Positions 23,949 through 36,618 are shown, numbered from the stretch's first letter. The stretch: 46,729 bases of DNA from Balamuthia mandrillaris (GCA_031835245.2 JAVKOQ020000105.1:124001-170729), one strand, 5' to 3'. Notes: generated by a model from the sequence alone, not told the origin. Numbers and translations: made by a program.

Positions 23949-24237
23949 AATTGGTTTGACGGCGAACGTGTTGGCAGCACCAATTCGGAGCAGCAAGGCG
24001 CTTGTGGAGAGTGTGACCGCCACGCCCACCACCCCCAACATGGGAGACATCTCATTCGAGATTTATACCCGCTCCAAGCAACAGCAACAGCAGGAGCAGC
24101 AAGGGCATTGGGCAGCAAGCCCTTCTCCCGCATCTTTCACTCCCTCTGCACGGCGGCAATTGCAGTTAAATGTGCCTGCCTCTCCCATTTACTTCCAGCC
24201 ATCCACTGCCAACAGCAACTTATACAGCAAGGAATAA
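21441..24237 (+). CDS. SSX2IP/ADIP/Msd1-like coiled-coil microtubule-anchoring protein
   Basis: HYLNTVMEGLGY...VMNLLWAITQ...RDTQYVHEMRKKEREYERLKDRL...YEKKEEVLRQENTLLR...ERDRLTQAAMQLCRDRLEFE; many introns. Confidence 0.75.
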
Positions 24238-24392
24238 ATATTGTGTGGTTAATATATATAAATTATGTGTGGTTCAAGCAGAATGAAACAATGAGGGCAA
24301 ATGAATACTAGGATCCCTGAGAGTTGAAGCGAAGCCATTTTCGGAGCTGGTAGCTGCATTGCCTATTGGTCAGAAGAGAGTTGGGACGAAGC

Positions 24393-25531
24393 TCACTTGT
24401 TGTCACGCTTTTTGTTCTTGGCAAGAATCTGCATTATTCTCACGAAGATATTCACGAAATCTGCAAGTAAAGTCAGCAACAGCTCCCAATTTAAACGAAG
24501 GGATAGAACGGCTTACCAAGGAAAAGCTCCAAACTATGCCAAATGAAGTCGGTATTGCCAAGATTAGCCTTCTCAACCATTATCTGGGTGGGGGATAATA
24601 GTGTCAATGATAACATTTTTCGCAAGGAGGTCAAGAAAGAAAAGCGGTACCTGGGTATCAAACATAACGAAGCCGCAGAACAGAAGGAGGCCAAAGTAGA
24701 TTTGGACGCTGTACAACGCCTCTGAACGTGCGAACAGGTTCACAAAGGAAAGGAGCAGAGACAAAGAAAGCGCAGAACTTAAGAAACCCCCTGTTTTATG
24801 ATTCGTTTTGTGATTGTTGTTTTATGTGTATTTTGGTGGTTGGCTTGTGTTTTGTCGCGGAGGGATGGGCAGGGAGCGAAGGAGGGCATATTACCAAGGT
24901 AGAGCATAGAGCGTCGGGCAGCGAGGAGGGCGCTTCCTGAGAAACAACCAAATATGCATACGGAGCCCGCAAGAGCCTGCACCACAATCCTATAGTGCCC
25001 AAGATAACCCTTAGCTTAGTCCATGTTTTAATTCATGAAGCAGTGAGGAAAAGAAGCGAAATCGCTTACATAGGATCCAAGGCCAAAATAGCGTTAACAA
25101 AGGGTCCTGCAAAAAACGGGCAAGCTTAGAACTGGAGTAGAATAGAAACGGCAAAGAAGGAAGTACCAATGGAGGCACCCTCAAAGAATCCAAAAAGAAA
25201 GAGGAAGGACAAGCGTTTGGCCACCGTATCAGGGGAGTGAGGGGTAAATGCCAGCAGGGCGATCAGGATGAAGCCGCCCAAAAGGGTGAGGAGTCCTCCC
25301 ACATTGTAAACGAGGTGGGCGAGGCAGCCAGCAGTGCCGGCCAGAAGAGTGCCAAAGAGAGTGGTATATACATAAACAAGGTGTCTCTTCACCGTTGGGT
25401 TTCTATCTCAGCCGAGGGGTTAGCAATTGCACCAGGATTTGAGACGAGAGAGAGAGAGAGAGAGAGAAGTACAAAGGAGAAAAATCCAGGACAGCCTGGG
25501 TGTTAATCTTGCTTGAGAAGGTGCGACTCAT
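24393..25531 (-). CDS. TMBIM6: Bax inhibitor-1 (TMBIM6 family)
   Basis: VKRHLVYVYTTL, FGFFEGASIGP, IFGCFSGSALLAARRSMLYLG, FCGFVMFDTQIMVEKA, DFIWHSLELFLDFVNIFVRI, basic tail. Confidence 0.93.
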
Positions 25532-25622
25532 GGTGAAGTTGCGGTGGATTTCAAGGGCTTTCTTTCCTGCAAATCAACAAACAAAGCGCAGCAGCCTGCT
25601 TGCTTGCTTGGCGTGGAGGTCG

Positions 25623-25642
25623 CCACGTCATGGGTGACGTGG
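25623..25642. promoter_or_regulatory. Inverted pair of UPRE/G-box-like bZIP sites (CCACGTCA-TGGG-TGACGTGG)
   Basis: Perfect 8-bp inverted repeat about 90 bp upstream of the BI-1 ATG in a divergent promoter; TGACGTGG is the XBP1/ATF6-type UPRE core. Confidence 0.5.
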
Positions 25643-25782
25643 TGGAGGGAACCCTCAGGCTTTCCCGTTTTCTTCCGCTTCCCTGCTGCCCCTTCCCTGC
25701 CTGCTGCCCTTGCTTTCATTCCTTTTTTTTTTAAACCAAACACACACACACAAAACCCACCCCCCCTGTACAAACATACCAA

Positions 25783-26157
25783 ATGATCTACGACGTAAAC
25801 TCTGCACTTTACCGGAGCTTCCTGTCCTCCAAGGGTGACAAGGGAAAGAAGAAGGTAAATGTCTCTACTGCTGGCGCCGTACCTAATGGCAGCAGCGCAA
25901 ACGATGACTTAACAACCATCAAATTCAGAACTCTTGATTTTTCTCATGTTGAATCAAACCTCTGACAACCTGATGCACGCTACCAAATTTTGCCTCTTTA
26001 CACCTTGCACCGTATTCTTCTTTGTGATGAAGTGTTACTCACTGCCATTCTCTGTCTGCAATTATTATAACAGGACACTCAGGGCGGAGCTGCTCCAGCT
26101 AAGGCCGGCATGCCCTCCAGAGCCACTGCTGCTCCCCCCAAGCCCACTTCAGCTTAA
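25783..26157 (+). CDS. Wound-inducible basic protein family microprotein (51 aa)
   Basis: Exon 25783-25854 MIYDVNSALYRSFLSSKGDKGKKK (plant family start MIYDVNSPLFRSFLSQKG) plus exon 26074-26157 DTQGGAAPAKAGMPSRATAAPPKPTSA*. Confidence 0.85.
25893..25981 (+). ncRNA. Intronic box C/D snoRNA with two putative 18S rRNA guides
   Basis: C-like ACGATGA 25901-25907, D' CAGA 25926-25929, D CTGA 25970-25973, short terminal stem. Guides ACCATCAAAT and ACCTCTGACAA are antisense to conserved SSU segments ATTTGATGGT and TTGTCAGAGGT. Confidence 0.7.
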
Positions 26158-26633
26158 TCTTCACTGCTGGCACTTTTTTTTTTGCTATGTGAGATATACC
26201 ACAGATATTGTTCAATGAAATGTGCTTTATTTATTTATGTACATTGTTAGTGTCGCTTTTACGGCCAAGCGGTTGTGGCCACGCCAACCCTTTCCTGGCT
26301 TATACTTGCCCTTCTTTTGCGCAGGCAAATCACCGGTCTTGAGGTACGTGGCTCCGTTATCTGAGCGCATTGCTTGCTGTTGAGCAATTTTTGGGGAAAT
26401 GGGGTAGTCACGTAGTTAAAATAACAACAGCACAACAAAGAATCAGCTGGAAGGGGAAGGGGCCAGCTGAATGTTGTGGCCGCTCGCACGCTTCACATGT
26501 TTTGTTTCCCCCTTTTAATTTTTCTTTATCCTTTTTGGCAAATTATCCCCTGAGTTGGCACATTTGCCATCTCTGCCACCATTTTGGCATTGTACAGGCT
26601 GCGATAAAAAAGATTTTTCTGGTAAAACTTTCG

Positions 26634-26784
26634 CAGTATGTTGCTAGGTAACAGATGTATAATAGTAAGTGCTCCTCAGGTCTATACCAAATGAATGCAC
26701 CCTCAGGCTCATTCCCAGTATGTTGCTAGGTAACAGATGTGTAATAGTAAGTGCTCCTCAGGTCTATACCAAATGAATGCACCC
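26634..26784 (+). repeat. 69-bp direct duplication (82-bp period, 1 mismatch)
   Basis: CAGTATGTTGCTAGG...GAATGCACCC at 26634-26702 and 26716-26784. Confidence 0.9.
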
Positions 26785-26819
26785 CCAGTGGCGAGCGAGA
26801 GAAGAATAAAGAAGCAGAA

Positions 26820-27978
26820 ATGAGCATGTTGGAGCTGCCCCATGAGATACTTGCTTACATATTAAGCTTTATCCCAACGGAAGAACTTTATCCTTATTTT
26901 GTAGTATGCAAGCGGTTATTAGCAGCCGTGAAAGATGAGCCCACCTGGCAACGTCGCTGCGCCATCGAGTTGGGGCTCCAGCATTTGCCAGAGTTGCCTT
27001 CCTCATGGTTCCAATACTACCAAGGTAGCTTGAAGCCTTCCACTTTAACGTTGTTTCTTTCACTGAGCCTTTTTCCACAAGATAATGTGTACCGTTGGGA
27101 CCCATCCCATGCTACTCGCAATTATACAGAACGAAAGGACCTGGGGGCCAAGGGGGGCAGAAACGTAGCTACTGAAGTGCATCACAGTGGCCCTGCTAAG
27201 AACTTCGTCATCGAGGGTAATACGGTCTGCTGGAATGGCAGGTACGTTAGCTTTTTTGTCCTCTCTCTCTCTCTCTCTCTCCCTCTCTCCCTCTCTCCCT
27301 CTCCCCCTCTCTCCCCTCTCCCCCTCTCTCCCTCTCCCCCTTTCTCTCTCTTCACTTTTCTCTCTTCCCTTGCTCTTCATGATAACTTAGCTACTGCCAA
27401 AAATATTTTTATAATCGGTGTAATGATAATGTGTAACACGGCCGGCCCTACAACTCATACCATCACTTCATTCTCGCGTTTCTTCATGCAGTACAAGTTA
27501 TGTATCTGCGCGCTCCAAAAGGAGCTTCTACTTTGGCGAGCAAAGGATAGCGTTCAAAATCGTACACTGCAAGGGTGGTCACGTCTTCGGTGTGGGGCTT
27601 GTCGACCAAAATTGGGACTGCAGGTTACACGAGTTTGTAGGAACGAGACAAAGTTGGTGCTGGAATCGTACAGCAGGCTCTTCCCACAGCGTAACAGGCT
27701 TGGCCTCCGACAGCGTTCGCCCTCACAAGGACCAACTACCAGGTTGGGAGATGGGCGACACCCTTATCTTTCTCATGAATTTCAACCCGGACAAGAAGCA
27801 AGACCCCTTTGCCCGGACCATTCGACTCTACAAAAACGGTGAATGGCATGAGACTATACCGATGCCCTCTGATGTTACACATTTATGGGGAGTGGCCTCT
27901 CTTTACAACGCTGGTGATACGGTTTCAATAGTTCCCTATCCCGACCCCTTGCCGCCCGGTGTTCCGCCTTCCTCCTAA
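26820..27978 (+). CDS. F-box plus SPRY/B30.2-like protein
   Basis: MLELPHEILAYILSFI...VCKR...WQRRC is an F-box; C-terminal CGLVD...SWCW...GDTLIF...IRLYKNG...LWGVASLYNAGDTVSI. Confidence 0.8.
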
Positions 27979-28451
27979 TACAGCGACCATCTTGGCACCT
28001 ATTGTTTTTTTAAAGGGCAAACAGTGAAGCGCTTGACTGTTTGCCCGTTTAAAATTAGAAAAGGGAAAAAAAAGAGAGAGAAACAAAAAATCACCCACCA
28101 CTTTGCCTTCACAGACGTGGGAGAAGGAAGGGGTTGTTTTGGCGGGAAACATGCTCATTGGCCCAAAAGACTAATGCGTGGTGTTGTCCTTAGATCTTAT
28201 AATCTTTGCGCCGCCGTGTCGGGTCGTTTGGCCCCTCGTCATGTGTCGACACATGAGGAGCGAGCGCTCACCCAACAAAAATTGGGCCACCACCACAAGC
28301 GAAGGGCCTACCCACAAAATTTGGGCCACTCACAAAAACAGTTTTTCGGTGGTGGGTGGTGCCTCGTCTGTTGTGCGCCGTTCGTAATAGCAGTAGTATC
28401 TTGGTCTTTCCTTCCGCGGCCCTCTGTTCTGTTTTTGTGCACCTGCCAACC

Positions 28452-30999
28452 ATGCAAGACGAACATTGGGTTTGCCTTCATCAACCTACCCCTCTTTCCT
28501 GCCCAGGCTAACCCCCCCCCCCCCGCTTGTTTTACGTTGACTGTAGGAAAAAGACAAGGTCAACATAAAAGCCTCAGAATTGGAGTTTGGACCAAAGATT
28601 GCAGAGGGCAAGTATGGCACTGTTTACAAGGGAAAGTGTAGGGGCCAAACCGTGGCGATTAAGTTGCTCCATAACCAACATCTCAGCGGCGAAAAATTGG
28701 AAGAGCTCAGAACCGAAGTGGAAATTATGAGGTAGCTCTTTTTCCCGCCAAAGCGGTCACCGCTCCTGTCACTCACTCTAGTTGACCATATTTCTCTTTC
28801 ATCTTTTGCTCTTCCTTCTTTCAATGTCTTTCTGAATTCGTCTTCTGCCTTAAATAGCCGTCTTCGCCACCCGTGCATCCTTTTGTTCATGGGCGTGTGT
28901 ACAGAAACCAACAACGTGGCTTTGGTCATGGAATATGTGGAGGGCAAGAGCCTCGATCGTATACTTCACGATCCTAAGATACCTCTGTCCTTCCAGCAAC
29001 AGATGCACCTCGCAAAAGACATAGCCAAAGGTAGTTTCCCCCTTTCTTCGGCACTTTTTGATGCCAACATGCCGGTAATTTGATTGACGTGTTTTTCCCA
29101 CCAAGGCATGAACTGGTTGCATTGCTTGGATCCACCGATCATTCATCGCGACATCAAACCACCCAATATTTTGGTGCCAGCCCTCATTTCTCTTTGGCTC
29201 GTGTTGTCTTATGTTGTTGCTGCTGCTCACATTAGCCCTACTGTGTTAAAAGGTCAACGCAAATTTTGACGTCAAGGTTTGCGACTTTGGTTTGAGTTGT
29301 GTAAAAGAGATCCCCAAACCTGATGAGGAGTTGCGGGACACTGCTGTTGGGTAAGTTCAGTAAGAAACATTGAGTCTCCTTGGAAACATGAAGTCTTTGG
29401 CTAACGATTATCACCTCAGCTCTCCCATTTGGATGGCCCCCGAGGTGTTGTCTGGCCACCTCGCTTCTGAAAAATCTGACGTCTACGCCTATGCTATTGT
29501 ACTCTGGGAAATAATGACGCGAAAAGCTCCATTTTCCAACGTTCGCTCCTTCGAACAATTTTTGGATGACGTTATTGACAACCACATTCGACCCCCCATT
29601 CCAGAAAATCTGTTGCCTTCTCTGAAAAACCTAATTGAATGTTGTTGGAATGGCAACCCTAAAAAGAGGTACATCTCATGGTTGTCAAGAGAGGAAAAAA
29701 AAATGTTAACCCATTGGATCATCTATATTGATCTACGTTGGTCTTGTAGACCAAGCTTTGCAGAGATTTTGGATATACTGGACGACGTTGTTATAGAACT
29801 GTTGATAAAAGATGAGGACGGAAGAGAATTGTGGAAAAAAATGAAGAGTCAGGTATGTTCCCCTGTTGCTCTTTTTAATTTAGCATTTTTACTGCATAAT
29901 TCATTATTATTATTATTTTTTGCAGGAAACGATGGGCGAACACTTTCCCTTCTTTGTGGCCTGGGATGGTTTTGTTGAAGCCCTCTGTTCTCTCTTGAAT
30001 GCTCCAGAACATTCCAGCAGTGCGGATATTGGGTATCTGTGCATGAGAACGATGCTTGGTATACACTGTTGATGCTCCTCTGGGTGGCGAAGATTTCTAA
30101 CTCTCGTTTTAATAGCGGAGGAACACAAGGATTATACTCGTGACAAAAAATTCATGAAGGTAACAGTTGAGGCATTTGGAAGGTTTTTGAATTGCTTTGG
30201 GCCATTAAAAGACACCAGCTCAAGTGGCGACAACATCATCACCAGGGTTTTTATAATGCTCTTTTCTACCTCCTCCAAAATTTAAGTTAATTATTCTTTT
30301 TAAACACGCACTGCATAGTTTGTAAGAACCTGTGAACAAGAGTATGTATCTACGAGATCTTGTTTCCACTTCACTTTATTTTCATTGTTCTAATCGCTGT
30401 TTGTTTCAAACGTAGATGGTTCCATGGAGCAATCACAAAGGAGCAAGCAGAAGTACTGCTAACCAAAGGCATAAAAGAACAAAAGAAGGGTGTGTTATCT
30501 ATCCACCATAATTATCTCCATTCTGACTCACCATCCAACATATGTTGCTTTAGGTTATTTCTTAGTTCGTCTCAGCAGTAATTTGGAAAGTTGTTTCACT
30601 ATTAGCAGGCTTAACTCCTCAAACAAGGTAGTTCATCAACGAATTGTGAGGAATCGAGCTGGACAGTATGTCATTGCTGTAGGGGAGACTGTAAAAAAGT
30701 TTGACACATTGATTGAATGCATAACTGGGCTGGAGGACGTGCTGAATCTCAAAACCCCTTGCGCAGAAAGCCGTGTCTTCTCCATTCTCTTCCTTGGGGT
30801 GGAAGTATCTGGCAATTATGTATTTAATAGCCGTTCCTTTGAATCAATGGACAATCTTCGCGATCTTGCCAACGGAGCTGATGACAAAAAGGAAAAGAAA
30901 AAGAAAAAGAAGAAAGAAAATGGCAAGGAAAAAGGCACAAAGAAGAAGTCCACAACCTCCAGGAAAAAGAAAAAGGATAAAGGCTCCAAAAATACCTAA
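28452..30999 (+). CDS. Shk-family tyrosine-kinase-like kinase with C-terminal SH2 domain
   Basis: IAEGKYGTVYKGKCRGQTVAIK, IIHRDIKPPNIL, VCDFG, SPIWMAPE; SH2 WFHGAITKEQAEVLL...GYFLVRLS...FTISRL...HQRI. Same architecture as Dictyostelium Shk kinases. Confidence 0.9.
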
Positions 31000-31585
31000 C
31001 TTTTTACTTGGAAAAGCACTTAATTGAAACCTATTAAAAAAGGTGGTTTTTTTTTCTCTTTCTGTGCTCTTTAGCTTGTAGTTTTCTGCTGCTGTTCTAT
31101 AAGTCATCTCATCTTGAGTTCAGTCTTAATTAGCTTTTAGGAAGATGCTGATGGGCTTGTTGTTGCACAGTGGATGTAATCAGTGAATCAAATTGTGAGT
31201 GTAAAAGTGTAATGTCATTAGGTATTGTGTATTGTTGGCAACTGCCAACATAACCAATGCATTACTACTTTCTTTGTTCTTCCTCAGCTTACATCAGCAC
31301 CTAGCTCACATCAGCTTCTCGTGATTTCCCACAGATTTCTTTTTTGTAGAACTTTCCTTTCTTCCTCTAATGCATTTTTTCTTTTGATTGGTTCTTTTTT
31401 TTCATACATTTTGGGTTACTTTCCTTCACCAACACACAAAAAACATGTTTGTTATTATGGTTTCCTCATTTTAAGTATATTTTGGTTAGGAAAAAAAAGG
31501 TTATGATCTTATAACACCAAGAGATCAAGTTTTGCTAAAAAAATTTTACACAATTGGTAGTGTGCAAGAACTCCATTGGTGAAAT

Positions 31586-31889
31586 TGTTGGCTGAATCCA
31601 ACCTCAAGGATAAAAGAGTTGGTGATGAGACAAGAGGTGTATTCAAGAGAATAGAGGAAGGACAACAGGAGTGAATCTCTGATGTTGCTTCAAGGTACAC
31701 TGAGAGAAAGGGGAAAAGGGAGAAAGGAAGGATGGGAGATACAAAAGAAAGGAGAGCTTGTTGTAAAATAAGAACAGAAATGATGGTGAAGACAAAAGGG
31801 CTATTATGTTGGAGTTTTCCAACAAGCTGCAGGACGAATCCAACATGAGGAGTCTTGAAATAACTTCCTGGTTGTTGGAGAACTCAACA
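31586..31889 (-). mobile_element. Copia-like solo LTR
   Basis: TGTTG...CAACA termini; inverted homologue of 36210-36444, which follows a copia-type PPT. Confidence 0.6.
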
Positions 31890-32662
31890 TAATAGCCCTT
31901 TTTCTTTTCCTATCGACCTCTTTTGGTGAGAACAAGACAAGAGACAAGAGGTTAGCAATAAGCTACAAGAATAAAGGTGAGAGCTGAGAGAGCAGAGAGC
32001 AGAGAGCAGAGAGAAGAAAGGAGAGAGCAAAGAGGAAAAAAGTGACAACATACTCATAAACACACTTGTTCTTTTCTTTTCATTAAATACATTTAGCTCC
32101 TGTCATTTTCTTTGTTCCTGTCTTGGTTCTATGCCCAGGTTCTAACATATGATTTAAGTCTCCCTAAAATCCTTCAGTAAGACAACAGCACTGAGTTCAT
32201 CGACACAGTTATCAAAGCTCTTAAGACAATCTCTAGCTTTAAGGATCAGTTCATCTCAGCATATCATCTGCTGCTCAATATGCAATAACACATCACCCAT
32301 TATCACATGCCTTCCCCTTTCCAACTGTTCTTTGGTTGCCTAGCTATCACTTCACAAGACTATTCTTCTCCCCCCAGCTGCCTACTAAAACTCTCCTCTT
32401 GGAGAACGCAAAGCAAATGCATGATGTTGTCTACTCAGTATCAGCTTCTTCTACTTGAAAGCACAGCTCCAACATCAAGGCTCAACATGATTCTTTTTAA
32501 AATACTCCACAAATTTTCTGCTGGCTCCAAAGTCATGTTATAAAACTCTCCTCTTGAAGAATGCCAATCATATACATAATAATGTCTACTTAGCATCAGC
32601 ATCTTCTACACCTTCAACATCCAGGCTCAATATTATTCTTTTTACTTATACTTTGTGAATAT

Positions 32663-33171
32663 TGTTAGAAGGGGCAAATAACATGAATGGACTGGGCCAA
32701 AACATATTATTCAAAGAGGGAACAAAGGAAAAAAAGGGTGTCAAAAGGGAAACAAAACTAACTAACTAAAAAAAAGAGAGAAGGAAGCAATGGAATAAAA
32801 GGAAGAAGCCTAGCAATGTGACAGGGGGCGATTGGTCCACATCAAGGATGTCGAAAGGAAGAAAAGGAAGGGAAAGGGGCAACAGAGCTAATCTGTTGAG
32901 AGTAATTCTCAACAAGGAGCTTGTCCTGTGTGACTATGATTGATTGGATGACATCAACTAGCCAATCAATGGAATCTCTAAATATTGCATTACCATAGGA
33001 GAAGGGAGGAAGGGGAAAAAGGAGAAAATAACAGAATTAAAGAGAGAAACTGTACACATGAAGTTGGTCTTTCTAATAAGAGCAACCCAAGAACCACCTC
33101 AATCTTATCTCTCCTTTGTGAGTGTTGTATGAGAGAGAGGGATTGGCATGACCCAAGGCTGGGTTGTGACA
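32663..33171. mobile_element. Putative solo LTR (~509 bp)
   Basis: TGTTAGAA...TTGTGACA termini; a second partial copy starts at the same TG boundary at 39394. No TSD seen. Confidence 0.6.
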
Positions 33172-34240
33172 GTTGAATGAGCTTTCAAACTAGCTTTGAA
33201 ATATATATCTGTCCTTTTCTTTCCCTTTTCCTCCCTTTTCCTTTCTATCATATCACTTCCAAAGATTGATAAAATACAAAAGAACTTCCTTGCTTCCAAC
33301 TTGCTCTTGCTGCTCATAATCTCCAGACTCGTTTACAACTCTGCTTACATTGTTCCATCTCTTAAGCTCTGTTGCATTTCTTTCCACTTGACAGGAGCTT
33401 TGTTGTACAATCTTCTATGACTTGTTCCTCATTTTCATTGTCCGCATTCCAAATTCTAAACCAAAGACCCAAACATCTTTATAGAAAGTGTTCTGCTATT
33501 TCTTTCTCAGCATTGCATGCAGGGCACTTACTGTCCTCTTCAGACTGCTGAATGGCTCTCCACTTTTTTCAAATAAGCAGTCCACCACAGCAAAAGCATT
33601 CATCAATCGTTCTTTCCTTGGGTTGGTAATCACTAAGCTCTGTTGTTGTCCAACCAAACATTTTCCATTTGTCAAGAAGTTATGCCAAAGCCATGCTCTT
33701 GTTCCTCTTTCTCCTTCAGCTGCATACTCTGCCTTGGCTACTTGAGTTAAGGTCCTCATCCTCTTGGCTTTCTTTTCAATGTCACTCATCCCTTCACTTC
33801 CTTCACCTTCTCTCTTCTCCTCTTCCTCTTCTCTTGCTTGGCTTATCTCTCCCAAAAGCTCAAAGTGTCCATCTTGCCTCTCAGCATGGCAAATTACTGC
33901 TTGCCTTTCCAACTCACAGTAAGCCTTGATGGTCAACCAGCCCAATTCTGCTCTACAAACCCCTGCCACAGTCCTTCGATGAACTTGCAATACACTTCTT
34001 GCTGTCTCATTCCACACAGCTTCGATCTTCTTCTTCCATGATTTGGAAAGCTCTGTCATGCAAAGTCCATATGACAAGGTAGACTTGACAATGGCCTCTG
34101 CTGCAATCTGGGCAGTACGTGTACCAAGGCCTTGAACAATGGCTCCCCACTACCTAAGGCTATAAAGGGCTTGCTTGGCCTTTGTGATTCTCTCCTTTGC
34201 ATGATTTGTCCACTCACCACTTTCTTCAAACCACAGTCCC
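33172..34240 (-). mobile_element. Non-LTR retrotransposon (LINE) 3' fragment, degraded
   Basis: Reverse complement of 34412-35430; RT-thumb region VCRAELGWLTI and a decayed Zn finger. Confidence 0.85.
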
Positions 34241-34411
34241 TTTTACTGTTGCTATATTGTGAATTGGTCTTGCAATTCTCCCTTATTAGTCAAACAATTG
34301 CATATGACATTAAAAGAATGGTAATAGTAGTACCAAGTATGATGCCAACCCTTGTACTTTCTTTTTTGTGAGTGCATCCAGAAAGCAATCAACAGGAATA
34401 TGTATGTCTTG

Positions 34412-35575
34412 AGGAGCCATTGCTCAAGGCCTGGGTACATGTACTGCCCAGATTGCAGCAGAGGCCATTGTCAAGTCTACCTTGTCATATGGACTTTGCA
34501 TGACAGAGCTTTCCAAATCATGGTGGAAGAAGATCAAAGCTGTGTGGAATGAGACAGCAAGAAGTGTATTGCAAGTTCATTGAAGGACTGTGGCAGGGGT
34601 TTGTAGAGCAGAATTGGGCTGGTTGACCATCAAGGCTTACTGTGAGTTGGAAAGGCAAGCAGTAATTCGCCATGCTGAGAGGCAAGATGGCCACTTTGAG
34701 CATCTGGAAGAGATAAGCCAAGCAAGAGAAGAGGAAGGTGAGAAGAGAGAAGGTGAGAAGAGAGAAGGTAAGGAAAGTGAAGGGATGAGTGACATTGAAA
34801 AGAAAGCCAAGAGGATGAGGACCTTAACTCGAGTAGCCAAGGTAGAGTATGCAGCTGAAGGAGAAAGAGGAACAAGAGCATGGCTTTGGCATAACTTCCT
34901 GACAAATGGAAGATGTTTGGTTGGACAACAACAGAGCTTAGTGATTACCAACCCAAGGAAGGAACGATTGATGAATGCTATTCGCTGTGGTGGACTGCCC
35001 ATTGGAAAAAAGTGGAGAGCCATTCAGCAGTCTGAAGAGGACAGTATGTGCCCTGCATGCAATGCTGAGGAAGAAACTGCAGAACACTTCCTATTAATAT
35101 GTCCTAATCTTTGGGAAGATCGCTTTAGAATCTGGAATGTGGACAATGGAGATGAAGAACAAGTCAGAAAGCTAATTATAGAAGACTGTACAACAAAGCT
35201 CCTGTCAAGTGGAAAGAAATGCAACAGAGCTCAAGAGATGGAGCATTGTAAGCAGAGTTGTAAACGAGTCTGGAGATTATGGGCAGCAAGAGCAAGTTGG
35301 AAGTATGGAAGTTCTTCTGCACTTTATCAATCTTTGGAAGTAATGTAAAAGTAAGGAAATGATAAGAGAGGAAAAGGGGAAGAAAAGGATAGCTAGATGA
35401 TACAAAGTTAGTCTGAAAGCTCATTCAACACCTTTTACTTGTGAACTAACATAACAATTGGGAAGGCATTGAGGATGAGGGAATAAGAGAAGTAAGAGTA
35501 CACTATGTATGTACAATGCTTACTTTTTATATAGTGTGGTGTTGCTCTTAGAGCAAATAAACTTCTTATTACTAC
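34412..35575 (+). mobile_element. 5'-truncated LINE with 13-bp target-site duplication
   Basis: ORF2 C-terminus with CPACNAEEETAEHFLLICP; AATAAA and a short TAC-repeat tail; TSD TATGTATGTCTTG at 34399-34411 and 35576-35588. Confidence 0.9.
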
Positions 35576-36198
35576 TATGTATGTCTTGGAGGTAACCATT
35601 GATGTGCAGCAGCCCATGTGTTGTACTGTGACAACTCTTCAAAGCTGAAGGAGTTAACTTGGAGGGCCAAAGTGCTGCCATTTGATGGCAAACAACTTCC
35701 AAGTGTGGCTGTCTTGGACAAGGTACAATTCCTTGGAGTTTTCTGTTTCTTTTTTTGTTTTTTATCAAGGTGATTTACTTATGATTCTTGGAAGTTGTCT
35801 GCCTGGGACAACCTAGTGTTGTCTGAAGGAGTCAATCAAGAGACAGAATGGGATATGGTCCGTTTTGTGTACAATAATCTCATGAAAACACCAGAGGAGT
35901 TGTTTCATTATCTGGTAGGCCTTCTTTGGTTGCAAGCAAGCTTGTCGAAATGATTGCTCATTTTTGCTCTTTTGTGTTGGGTGAGTTTTGTATTTTTAGA
36001 ATTCGCAAACAGCCTTCCAAGATGCCCATAATGCTCTCACCTTCAATCATGTTCAATGTTTGAAAACAGTGGCAAACAAAATGCAGAAATTCCCAGAGTT
36101 TTGGAGTTATATTCAGAAGAAGGACAAAGAGAAGGGGGGCTAGGTGTTTACTCCTTACCACTTCAGAGAGAAAATGCCAATTTCCTTATCAGATGAAA

Positions 36199-36444
36199 GA
36201 GGGGGAGTATGTTGGTAAAATCACCAACACTTATCTCAAGACTCCTCATGTTGGATCCGTCCTGGACCCTCAGCTCTCCTTTCTTTTGTATCCTCCATCC
36301 TTCCCTTCTCCCTTTTCCCTTTTCTCTCGGTGTACTTTGAAGCAACATCGGAGATTCACTCCCATTGTCCTTCCTCTATTCTCTTGAATACACTTCTTGT
36401 CTCGTTACCAACTCTTTTATTCTTGAGGTTGGATTCAACCAACA
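36199..36444 (+). mobile_element. Copia-type PPT plus LTR inserted without TSD
   Basis: GAGGGGGAGTA|TGTTGG...CCAACA. The empty site CAGATGAAA|CCTTGTTGG is intact in the paralogue at ~45611-45628. Confidence 0.75.
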
Positions 36445-36618
36445 CCTTGTTGGCAGCCTTGAAAGAGATATGGGCAAGACACCTTGAAAATCCCAAGGAA
36501 GAATGTTCTGTAATCAACTTCAAAAGCATGGTAAGTTACATTGCAATCTTTTCTTTCTCTTTCTTGTCACCACTACTTTTCCTCATGAAATGTACATACA
36601 TATGGAAACACATTGGTC

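Larger units (their letters stand above)
34364..36618 (+). pseudogene. Second, decayed copy of the ParB-domain gene, interrupted by a LINE and an LTR piece
   Basis: 34364-34411, 35576-36198 and 36445-36618 align with ~44964-45799, introns included. Confidence 0.9.

Noticed and set aside
26024..26073. Second snoRNA in the same intron (GTGATGA C box)
   Set aside because: No CTGA D box or recognisable guide before the splice acceptor.
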